This document shows positions 1-7,764 of a stretch of DNA of 32,219 bases, one piece after another. The DNA lies in sequence record SRR20825019_1366; one strand, 5' to 3'. How positions within the stretch are numbered: position 1 is the first letter of the stretch; each line of letters starts with the position of its first letter. Below the pieces are notes generated by a model. It was not told the origin of the DNA. It saw nothing but the letters and a program-made list of their open reading frames with translations, and searched no databases. The position numbers and the translations under genes were made by a program.

Positions 1-37
1 CTCAACCCTCAACCCTCAACCCTCAACCCTTAACCCC
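1..37. repeat. Heptamer tandem repeat (CTCAACC)x4 + CTTAACC, probably cut by the window edge
   Basis: ctcaacc ctcaacc ctcaacc ctcaacc cttaacc cc read directly from base 1. Confidence 0.95.
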
Positions 38-43
38 TCTATC

Positions 44-74
44 TACAACTCATCCCATTAAAATTACAGTTCGG
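44..74 (+). promoter_or_regulatory. Putative LytTR-family binding site (direct repeat, 21-bp period)
   Basis: TACAACTCAT (44-53) and TACAGTTCGG (65-74) start 21 bp apart, resembling AgrA-type ACAGTTAAG-N12 repeats; lies upstream of an operon ending in a LytTR regulator; near-consensus -7 box GATATTTG at 108-115. Confidence 0.65.
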
Positions 75-146
75 GAATTCACTTTTCTTTTTGCCCCAGG
101 CTATTCTGATATTTGACCTGTAATCAATAATTAAAACCGAACAGTC

Positions 147-425
147 ATGAAAAATGTAAACGAACACCGTTACACAAGAGCAAAAGAAAGAGTGGAGAGC
201 CTTAAATCCTTTTATCATAGCTTAATTGCCTATTGCGTGGTAATTCCACTTTTGATCTACATCAATTATAGGACCACCGATATTCCTTGGGCCATTTTTC
301 CCGCCGTTGGATGGGGATTTGGTTTGGTCAGCCTTTGGATGACCGCTTATGGACACAATCCCATTTTTGGAAAGGATTGGGAAGAGCGTAAGATTCAGGA
401 GTTTATGAACAATAAAGAATTTTAA
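147..425 (+). CDS. 2TM domain-containing membrane protein (copy 1)
   Basis: YTRAKERVESLKSFYHSL N-terminus, two hydrophobic segments, GWGFGL, C-terminal DWEERKIQEFM. Confidence 0.88.
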   Translation: MKNVNEHRYTRAKERVESLKSFYHSLIAYCVVIPLLIYINYRTTDIPWAIFPAVGWGFGLVSLWMTAYGHNPIFGKDWEERKIQEFMNNKEF

Positions 426-469
426 GAATGAGTATTTTTAGCTACAACATCACATCAAACAACAATACC

Positions 470-772
470 ATGGAAACTATAGATAAAGAAAACAAATATG
501 TAAGGGCGCGTGAGCGTGTTCAGGAGCTTAAGAAGTTCTACGGTAACCTCACCTCATATGTGCTTGTAATAGCCGGATTGGCAGTTCTAAATTACTACAC
601 CACGGGCTTTGGCTATATGTGGTTCTTGTGGGCCGCTTTTGGTTGGGGAATCGGAATTGTTTTTCATGCCATTAAAACATTTGACCTTAATCCCTTTTTT
701 GGAAAACAATGGGAAAAACGCAAGTTAGAGGAGTTTATGCGTGATGATGAACAAAACAATAAATGGAAATAA
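470..772 (+). CDS. 2TM domain-containing membrane protein (copy 2)
   Basis: ATG 470 (METIDKENKYVRARERV) preferred over 428 by alignment with paralogs; WFLWAAFGWGIG; QWEKRKLEEFM. Confidence 0.88.
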   Translation: METIDKENKYVRARERVQELKKFYGNLTSYVLVIAGLAVLNYYTTGFGYMWFLWAAFGWGIGIVFHAIKTFDLNPFFGKQWEKRKLEEFMRDDEQNNKWK

Positions 773-774
773 CC

Positions 775-1080
775 ATGGAAAATAGCAACAAAGAAAAATA
801 CAATAGGGCCAAAAAAAGAGTGGATGAACTCAAAGGCTTTTATATCCATTTGGCCATTTATGTGGTGATAAATGCCTTTATTCTGGTGAACTTGTACCTA
901 AGGAGCGATGACTTTTGGAAATGGGAGCATTTCTTTACTTTAATTGCCTGGGGAGTGGGAGTTCTCTTCCATGCGTCAAAAACCTTTGGTTTCAATCCAT
1001 TGTTGGGTAAAGACTGGGAAGAACGCCAAATCCAAAAGTACATGGACGAGGATAAAGAAGAAATGAACAAGTATAAATAA
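775..1080 (+). CDS. 2TM domain-containing membrane protein (copy 3)
   Basis: ATG 775 (MENSNKEKYNRAKKRVDELKGFYIHL), AWGVGVLFH, DWEERQIQKYM. Confidence 0.88.
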   Translation: MENSNKEKYNRAKKRVDELKGFYIHLAIYVVINAFILVNLYLRSDDFWKWEHFFTLIAWGVGVLFHASKTFGFNPLLGKDWEERQIQKYMDEDKEEMNKYK

Positions 1081-1084
1081 GATT

Positions 1085-1417
1085 ATGGTCAACAAAGATA
1101 CAGCGAGAGAGAACGCCAAAAAACGCGTCAAGGAGCTCAAAGGGTACTATAGACACATTTTCATTTTTATTGTCGTTAACGGCCTCTTATACCTTCTTAA
1201 GACCGGAATATTAAATTCGTTATTACCAGAAACATTTCCAAAGGAGTCCTATTACTATGATTGGATCAATGCAAACATCTTGATTTGGGCCGTGATCTTG
1301 GTCGTTCATACATTGATTCTGCAAAGGCATAAATTTACGTTCTTTAAAAGATGGGAAGAACGACAGATTCAAAAATACATCGAAGAGGATAGGAACAAGG
1401 TAGATAAATATAAATAG
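1085..1417 (+). CDS. 2TM domain-containing membrane protein (copy 4)
   Basis: AKKRVKELKGYYRHI, longer inter-TM loop, IWAVILVVH, RWEERQIQKYI. Confidence 0.87.
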   Translation: MVNKDTARENAKKRVKELKGYYRHIFIFIVVNGLLYLLKTGILNSLLPETFPKESYYYDWINANILIWAVILVVHTLILQRHKFTFFKRWEERQIQKYIEEDRNKVDKYK

Positions 1418-1421
1418 CATC

Positions 1422-1700
1422 ATGGACAGAAATTCCGTTTTTGAAAAGGCCCAGCGAAAAGTGAATGCCATAAAAAGGTTTTACTATCATTTGACTTTTT
1501 TTATTTTAGTAAGTTCTGTCCTCTTGGCCTTAAAAGGAAGTACCGTTGATTGGTTCATGGAAACCAGTGGCAACTCTAATGAAGCTTTTTTGAAATGGAT
1601 AGATTGGAATATTTTGGCGATACCTATAATTTGGGGAGCTGTGATCGCTGTCCAAGGAAGGTATGTTTACAGATTTCATTTTGATGATAAAAAAGTATAG
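1422..1700 (+). CDS. 2TM domain-containing membrane protein (copy 5), C-terminus possibly frameshifted
   Basis: AQRKVNAIKRFYYHL, IIWGAVIAVQ; lacks the WEERxI tail; the +1 frame from about 1690 runs to TGA 1765-1767. Confidence 0.75.
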   Translation: MDRNSVFEKAQRKVNAIKRFYYHLTFFILVSSVLLALKGSTVDWFMETSGNSNEAFLKWIDWNILAIPIIWGAVIAVQGRYVYRFHFDDKKV

Positions 1701-1763
1701 TGAAGAAGAAGTAACAAGAAAAATCACAACAAGACCAAAACCTAAACAACAAACCAAACCTAT

Positions 1764-2519
1764 ATGAATGTCCTGATCATTGAAGACGAAAAACCAGCGG
1801 CAAGAAGATTGTCCAGACTGCTCTCCGAATTGGAAATGGAGGTCTCCACCATGTTGCATTCCGTTGAAGAATCCATAGCATGGTTTCAGAAAAATCCGCA
1901 TCCCGATTTAATCTTTCTGGACATCCAATTATCCGATGGACTTTCCTTTGAAATCTTTGATGAAGTCGAGGTGAAAAGTGCTATCATTTTTACCACCGCT
2001 TATGATGAATATGCACTCCAAGCATTCAAGTTAAATAGCATTGATTATTTGTTAAAACCAATAGACGAAGAAGAGCTGGAAAGTGCCGTAAAAAAGTACC
2101 GGAATTTTAAACCGGAAAACCAAAAAATCCCCATCGATTTTAACGACATAAAAAAGCTTTTGGTTAACCCTTTGGAACGCGAATTCAAGAAGCGGTTTAC
2201 AGCTAGGGTAGGACAGCATTTAAAAATTATAAATGCCGATGAGGTAGAGTGTTTTTATAGTGAGAACAAAGGTACTTATGCCGCTACTTCGGATGGAAGA
2301 AATTATTTATTGGACACTACCCTGGAACAGTTGGAGGAGGAGTTGGAGCCACAGACATTTTTTAGGGTCAGCCGAAAATTTTATGTGAACATCAACCATA
2401 TAGGAGACATTATTTCATATACAAATTCAAGGCTTCAAATCAAGTTAAAACGGTTTGATGAGGCTGAAGTGATAGTAAGTAGGGAACGAGTAAGAGACTT
2501 TAAGTTATGGTTGGAATAA
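1764..2519 (+). CDS. LytR/AlgR-family response regulator (REC + LytTR DNA-binding domain)
   Basis: IIEDE, FLDIQL phospho-Asp, FTTAYDEYAL, DYLLKP; LytTR motifs FFRVSRKFYVN and VSRERV. Confidence 0.96.
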   Translation: MNVLIIEDEKPAARRLSRLLSELEMEVSTMLHSVEESIAWFQKNPHPDLIFLDIQLSDGLSFEIFDEVEVKSAIIFTTAYDEYALQAFKLNSIDYLLKPIDEEELESAVKKYRNFKPENQKIPIDFNDIKKLLVNPLEREFKKRFTARVGQHLKIINADEVECFYSENKGTYAATSDGRNYLLDTTLEQLEEELEPQTFFRVSRKFYVNINHIGDIISYTNSRLQIKLKRFDEAEVIVSRERVRDFKLWLE

Positions 2520-2608
2520 ATTAATTTAAAAAACTGATTATCATTTTTTTAAAAAAATATAAAACTAATAATAGGTTTTTCTTATAGTGAGTTTTTTGGG
2601 TAAAAAAC

Positions 2609-3799
2609 CTACTTTTCTTCAACTCGATTGTCATCAAAAGCGGAAGGAAGAAGTTTAGGTATCAATTTAATAAAAATAGGCAGAAGAATCGCTCCTCCGG
2701 GCAGCATAAAAATTGCCAAGGAAGGAATACTTTTAAAAATATCGAGCAATTGATTTTGCACTTTTTTCTTCTCTTCGTTACTCAAATCCTTCACGGTCGA
2801 CTTGGATAAAAGTGCGACCAATTCCCTACTTTCGGTCAGCTCTTTTTTTAATCTTTTACTGTTTCGAAGAATTAATTTGCTCACGTTTTTGGACATCCCA
2901 TCATAGAATTGAACGGCCAAATTTTTGTTGCTCAAATAGGCAATTTTATCCTTGTTTTTCTCGAAGAAATTCATCACAAAATCGAGCTCAGATTCTACTT
3001 CTTTTTTAGACTTTCCAAGGTCTTTTCCAAGACCAAAAATGTAGTCCGTTTCAGAGTAGTCCAACGTCTTATCTTCCCATATGGTCAGGCATGCCATATC
3101 CAGAAAATAATCCTTCTCATTTTTGGTGAAATTCTGGTTCAATAAATCCGAATATTCGCCTTCAAATTTTGCATTGTCAAGATCCACATAGGTAAGGGAA
3201 GACCCCAACAATTGAATCAATTTTGCATCCGATTCATGGGTCTCTTTGGAGTTGAGGGCATGGTACACAATATTAATGGTAACATACTCCAAAAGTTGTG
3301 CATGGCTCATCATGTCTTTATCGCTTCGGAGATAAATTATGAAGATGAGAATATCTACATAAAGTAACGAATTGGTCAAACTATTTCCGAGTGCCCTACT
3401 AAAAGTGTTGTCGCTTAAATAGATTCGGGAATCAATCAATTTTTCCAGTTGGGAAATTGTTTTTGAGCCGCTCAATATCTTGCTCAAAAACGAAATCCTG
3501 CTCACATTCAAGGATTGATAGTATTCGAATATTTTGTTGACGAAGGCCTCGAAATCGGTCTTTCCAACCTCAAAGGTATAGGTGTAGTATAAAGCGGTCA
3601 GTAGATTGATCTTGGCAATCTCGTCCTCGCTCAATGTGTGTTCCACATCTATAAACGATGGGATGCTTAAGTGGACACCGTATATGAAACCATTTGTTTT
3701 GAGTTCTCTGTACAAACTGTCAAAGTCTTCAAAACGGGAAGACTCTTGAGCTACTAGGTGACCAAATTTGTTGATCCAGCCAGAGGCGGAAGGGTTCAT
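2609..3799 (-). CDS. LETM1-related (biofilm-associated-type) protein
   Basis: C-terminal IPSLAIFMLPGGAILLPIFIKLIPKLLPSAF matches the proline-rich LETM1 transmembrane motif; possible TerB-like segment (WEDKTLDYSE) before it. Confidence 0.85.
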   Translation of the reverse strand: MNPSASGWINKFGHLVAQESSRFEDFDSLYRELKTNGFIYGVHLSIPSFIDVEHTLSEDEIAKINLLTALYYTYTFEVGKTDFEAFVNKIFEYYQSLNVSRISFLSKILSGSKTISQLEKLIDSRIYLSDNTFSRALGNSLTNSLLYVDILIFIIYLRSDKDMMSHAQLLEYVTINIVYHALNSKETHESDAKLIQLLGSSLTYVDLDNAKFEGEYSDLLNQNFTKNEKDYFLDMACLTIWEDKTLDYSETDYIFGLGKDLGKSKKEVESELDFVMNFFEKNKDKIAYLSNKNLAVQFYDGMSKNVSKLILRNSKRLKKELTESRELVALLSKSTVKDLSNEEKKKVQNQLLDIFKSIPSLAIFMLPGGAILLPIFIKLIPKLLPSAFDDNRVEEK

Positions 3800-3953
3800 G
3801 GATACATTTTAACGCATCAAAGTAAAACAATTTCTCTGACTTTGCTTTGGTACAGGCCAATGACTTCGATGAAATTTTAACATTTCAAAACCAAACCGCG
3901 TACTACGCAGTTCCGTAGGTAGGGTAGATACAAGCCCTAAAACAACAAACAAA

Positions 3954-5240
3954 ATGAAGATAATAATACCACGTATCTGTTTATTCCTCATCTTGACGTT
4001 TCTGGTTTCTTGCGTTCAAGAACCGGAAGTGTTCAAAACAAACAAATCGGACTATGATCACTTTTTGGTATCAGGTCCGTTAAAGACTATACCCGCTAAT
4101 TTACAGTTTGAAGTAGAAGCCAACTCTGATAGTATGCAATTGCCCGGTTTGTGGAACTTGACGGACGATAACATGCAAATTTATAAGGAAACCGGTGATG
4201 TCAAATTCTTAAAAAATTCAGCGAAGATCTTAAATAAGGCGATTGAGATGGCTACTACTGAAAAATCTGGATTTATAAGGGCTTTGTCCAATAATTACAT
4301 GTTGCAGCACAGGTTCAAGGAGGCTTTGGTGCTGGCAAAAGAGGCAAGAGCTCTAGGTACCGATTTGGAGGCGACCCAGAGTTTGCTGTTTGATATTCAT
4401 ATGGAATTGGGCAACTATGGGCTTGCAAACAAATACTTGGATAGCATCAAGGATGTATCAAGCTATGAATATTTGGTCAGGTTGGCTAGGTGGAACAATT
4501 TCAAGGGTCATTCTGATTCTGCCATTAAGCTCATGGAAAAAGCGACAGAGAAGGCAGAGATTTCCCAGAATGAAGACTTGTTGTTGTGTTCCTACCTCCA
4601 TTTAGCGGATTATTATGGGGCAACAGGACATATAGAAGAAGCTTACAAACTATATCTCAAGGCGCTTCAAATATCGCCACAAGATGCAAATGCAAAAAAA
4701 GGAATCGCTTGGATCGTGTATTCCCACGAAAGAAATGGTATTGAGGCACTTCGGATTTTGGACTCCATCACACAAAAGAACAAATCCCCCGAATATTATT
4801 TGTTGAAAGCAGAGATTGCAGCTTTTATTGACGATGATATGTTGAGGGTCCAGGCATTGGATGATTATTATAAAATGGCAGGTAAAAACACGGATTATGG
4901 CGATATGTACAATGCCCATAATGTGGATTTTTTGCTGAGTATGGATGTGGAACACCGAGCTTATGAATTGGCACAGGAAGAGGTGAGTATTAGACCTACA
5001 CCCCAATCTTATGGGTGGTTGGCCTACAGCCTACTTCATTTGGGAGAAAAGGAAAAATCAATGAAGGTTATCGAAGAACACGTAATAGGTGTCACCCATG
5101 AACCTGCCGTTTTGCAACGCGCTGCCGAGATTTACAAAGCAAACGGAAAACAAGACAAGGTTAAAGCGCTAAAAGAAGAATTATTGGGGGCAACCTACGA
5201 GCTTGGCCCCATAAAGGAAGCAGAGGTTGCCAGTTTGTGA
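3954..5240 (+). CDS. Tetratricopeptide-repeat lipoprotein (cell-surface type)
   Basis: Lipobox FLVSC; repeated TPR-like helices (ADYYGATGHIEEAYKLYLKALQISP). Confidence 0.8.
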   Translation: MKIIIPRICLFLILTFLVSCVQEPEVFKTNKSDYDHFLVSGPLKTIPANLQFEVEANSDSMQLPGLWNLTDDNMQIYKETGDVKFLKNSAKILNKAIEMATTEKSGFIRALSNNYMLQHRFKEALVLAKEARALGTDLEATQSLLFDIHMELGNYGLANKYLDSIKDVSSYEYLVRLARWNNFKGHSDSAIKLMEKATEKAEISQNEDLLLCSYLHLADYYGATGHIEEAYKLYLKALQISPQDANAKKGIAWIVYSHERNGIEALRILDSITQKNKSPEYYLLKAEIAAFIDDDMLRVQALDDYYKMAGKNTDYGDMYNAHNVDFLLSMDVEHRAYELAQEEVSIRPTPQSYGWLAYSLLHLGEKEKSMKVIEEHVIGVTHEPAVLQRAAEIYKANGKQDKVKALKEELLGATYELGPIKEAEVASL

Positions 5241-5304
5241 ATTTCCCCCGCTAAAAGCAAGGTTGAAGACCGATAGGGTCTCGGCTTGGTTGTTGTTTTT
5301 AGGT

Positions 5305-5336
5305 ACGCCATGGTATTTTTGCCATGGCGTTTTTTT
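5305..5336 (+). terminator. Rho-independent terminator
   Basis: ACGCCATGG-N8-CCATGGCGT followed by a T run, between the convergent TPR and mscS genes. Confidence 0.8.
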
Positions 5337-5874
5337 AATCATCGGCAATGGCATTTTGGGTCTCGCTTTCTTGCTCTTTCAAGATTTCAATACCTTTTTG
5401 TATGACCAGATTGGTAGGGATGGTAATTCGTTTGCCATCATCCGTGCGCATAAATAGATAGAATCCGCTGATGTCCTCAACTTTTCCGGTCCAGTCAAAA
5501 TCCTTGTCCATCACCCTAATTCTGTCACCCAAACGCAAAGGATGGTTAAAAAAGAGGATAACACTTGCCGTAAGGTTGGAAAGGATGGACCATTGCGCTA
5601 CGAAACCAACTCCCAATATGGCCAACATCGAGGAAATAAATACCGAAAATTCCTCGAAATTGACTCCCCAAATCAATGAAATGCCGATAAAAGCCAGCAG
5701 ATAGAACAGCAAATTGCTCAAATAAAAAATTATTTTTCTACTGTTCATATCAATGGAACTTGTTCTACCGAACCGGCGAATAGCCCTTTTGCTGAAAGAG
5801 TTGAGCGTAATGATAATGGTCAAAAGAATGATAGTGAACAAAATCTCGGATTTGAAGGACATAGTGTCAATCAT
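5335..5874 (-). CDS. mscS: Short MscS-family mechanosensitive channel protein
   Basis: Three TM segments, LSNLTASVILFFNHPLRLGDRI, beta domain with ITIPTN; lacks the large C-terminal domain. Confidence 0.85.
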   Translation of the reverse strand: MIDTMSFKSEILFTIILLTIIITLNSFSKRAIRRFGRTSSIDMNSRKIIFYLSNLLFYLLAFIGISLIWGVNFEEFSVFISSMLAILGVGFVAQWSILSNLTASVILFFNHPLRLGDRIRVMDKDFDWTGKVEDISGFYLFMRTDDGKRITIPTNLVIQKGIEILKEQESETQNAIADD

Positions 5875-5946
5875 GATGCTTCTTAGTAAATTTGATTTAT
5901 ATTGATAAGTCTAAACTACGAATAAACCCTTTCATATTTTTAAGCC

Positions 5947-6927
5947 ATGAAAACAGATTTTGAAGAAAATTCGTGGGTAATCAACTACTCTCCCGAAAAT
6001 TACTCTAATCACAAATTCTCATTGGAGAGCGATTTGTTGCTTTCAAAAGGCGATAAATCCATTACTTGGGTAAATACCTATGGTTTGGATTACATGGAAG
6101 AGTTTAGGCAAATGGTGAACGGTAATAACCTTGACGATTTTTTACTGCGCCTGCTCTTGAACCAAAAGATGGGAAACAAGGTCATAGTGCTGGAAGACCA
6201 GTTGTTTATTGCGGCCCGAATCCTTAAAACAGAACACGATACTATGGAGTCCGAGCAAATGTATTTTGTGGTCTCAAAGGACTTCAATTGGTGCATCCAG
6301 GAAAAGTGGGGGGATCATTTTGATTGGATTCGCCAGCGAATATTTGAAAACAAGGGTATCATCAGAAAAAAACGGGCAGATTACCTGCTTTTTTTTATTC
6401 TAGAGACCTTGATCACCAATTACAAAGATAAGTACGAGGAAACGGTAATCATGGAAAATGCCTTGGATGCCATCGTAAAACGTGAACCAACCCCTGAGTT
6501 TATGTTCGAGGTAGAGCAGAAAAAAGCGGTGATACAAGATTTTAAGAAAGCAGCACAAGGTCTTAGGGATATCATCATCAAGTTGGAACGAGTTCAGGTC
6601 AAAGGCTTTCACACCAAATATTTTAGTGAACTTCGTGAACAGATAAATGGCCTTATTGCCGATATCGATTCGGATATTATGGAACTCGAAAGCCAAATAA
6701 ACCTCTTTTTCAGTGTCCAGGGCCACCGCTTGAATGAGGTAATGAAGACCTTGACCATCTTCTCAGTGGTGTTTATTCCCCTGACATTTTTGGCCGGCAT
6801 TTACGGGATGAACTTCGAAAACATGCCCGAGTTAAGGTCACCTTATGGTTATTTTATTCTATTGGGCGTAATGCTCATAGTCACCATAATATCTATAGTC
6901 ATTTTTAAGCGGAAAAAATGGTTTTGA
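5947..6927 (+). CDS. corA: CorA-family Mg2+/Co2+ transporter
   Basis: NEVMKTLT, PLTFLAGIYGMNFENMPEL (GMN signature), terminal KRKKWF. Confidence 0.95.
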   Translation: MKTDFEENSWVINYSPENYSNHKFSLESDLLLSKGDKSITWVNTYGLDYMEEFRQMVNGNNLDDFLLRLLLNQKMGNKVIVLEDQLFIAARILKTEHDTMESEQMYFVVSKDFNWCIQEKWGDHFDWIRQRIFENKGIIRKKRADYLLFFILETLITNYKDKYEETVIMENALDAIVKREPTPEFMFEVEQKKAVIQDFKKAAQGLRDIIIKLERVQVKGFHTKYFSELREQINGLIADIDSDIMELESQINLFFSVQGHRLNEVMKTLTIFSVVFIPLTFLAGIYGMNFENMPELRSPYGYFILLGVMLIVTIISIVIFKRKKWF

Positions 6928-6978
6928 TGGATTGAATTACTTCTTTTTGATGGCTTAGTGATTCCTCTTTGTCATCCA

Positions 6979-7022
6979 ATGATAAACATCATATTCTTGA
7001 AAAACACAGCTCGGTAGATTTG
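6979..7022 (+). promoter_or_regulatory. ompW promoter: Crp/Fnr-type palindrome plus Bacteroidota -7 box
   Basis: ATGAT-AAAC-ATCAT (6979-6992; FNR consensus TTGAT-N4-ATCAA) and perfect TAGATTTG (7015-7022). Confidence 0.7.
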
Positions 7023-7047
7023 TCTCATCATTATTAAATAATACACG

Positions 7048-7695
7048 ATGAGAAAAAGAATACTTGTAGCGGCTATCGCTGTAATGGGATTAACAAACTT
7101 GGCAGTGGCACAAGATGCCCCGGCGGACAATAGCGGAAAATGGCAATTTAGATTAAGGGGAATCGTGGTCTCCCCAGATGAAAGCGCGGATATTGAAGCC
7201 ATTGGTGGGGATGTGGATATTTCCACCTCAATTGTTCCTGAATTTGACATTACCTACTTCTTTGATGACAATTGGTCGATGGAATTGATTTTGGGAACTA
7301 CAAAACATGATGTCAAGGCAGTAGAGACTGCCGTAGGAGAAATCGATTTGGGCCACGTTTGGTTGTTGCCCCCGACACTTACAGGTCAATACCATTTTAC
7401 CGGAGGTAATTTGGTCCCCTATGTCGGGGCAGGGGTGAACCTTACCTTATTTTACGGTGTTGATGAAGGACCGACGGTTGATGATATCAACTATGATACG
7501 GCTGTTGGCTTTGCACTTCAAGGTGGGTTTGATTATATGTTGAACGATAAATGGTTTTTGAACTTTGATGTTAAGAAGCTCTTCCTGAACACCACTGCCA
7601 CCGTTGATGCTACAAGCGCCCTGGGAGCTACCGTAGACGCAGACGTAGATATCAACCCTTGGATTTTTGGGTTTGGGATAGGTCTTAAACTTTAA
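7048..7695 (+). CDS. ompW: OmpW-family outer membrane beta-barrel
   Basis: Signal peptide, ELILGTTKH, LLPPTLTGQYHF, PYVGAG, DINPWIFGFGIG. Confidence 0.93.
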   Translation: MRKRILVAAIAVMGLTNLAVAQDAPADNSGKWQFRLRGIVVSPDESADIEAIGGDVDISTSIVPEFDITYFFDDNWSMELILGTTKHDVKAVETAVGEIDLGHVWLLPPTLTGQYHFTGGNLVPYVGAGVNLTLFYGVDEGPTVDDINYDTAVGFALQGGFDYMLNDKWFLNFDVKKLFLNTTATVDATSALGATVDADVDINPWIFGFGIGLKL

Positions 7696-7728
7696 TATTC
7701 GATTGTTTTTTTAGGTAATCTAAGTTTT

Positions 7729-7764
7729 GAAGGTGGTTTGGCTTTGCCGACCACCTTCTTTTTT
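7729..7764 (+). terminator. Rho-independent terminator after ompW
   Basis: GAAGGTGGT...ACCACCTTC stem followed by TTTTTT; abuts the anti-sigma stop codon. Confidence 0.8.

Noticed and set aside
1-37. Repeat as a true telomere, eukaryotic contamination or CRISPR
   Set aside because: It runs directly into a bacterial promoter and operon; it is a 7-bp unit without spacers
428-469. Longer start for 2TM copy 2 (and 763 for copy 3)
   Set aside because: Paralog alignment and A-rich initiation context favour ATG 470 and 775
1689-1695. AAAAAAG as a dnaX-type programmed -1 frameshift site
   Set aside because: It is in the wrong phase for the 2TM ORF; reaching the extended frame needs a +1 shift
2520-2608. 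Terminator or sRNA between the LytTR and LETM1 genes
   Set aside because: Very AT-rich with only weak A/T complementarity and no convincing stem
3809-3991. 60-aa minus-strand ORF with a hydrophobic N-terminus
   Set aside because: It overlaps the TPR start antisense and spans the divergent promoter region; no recognisable family
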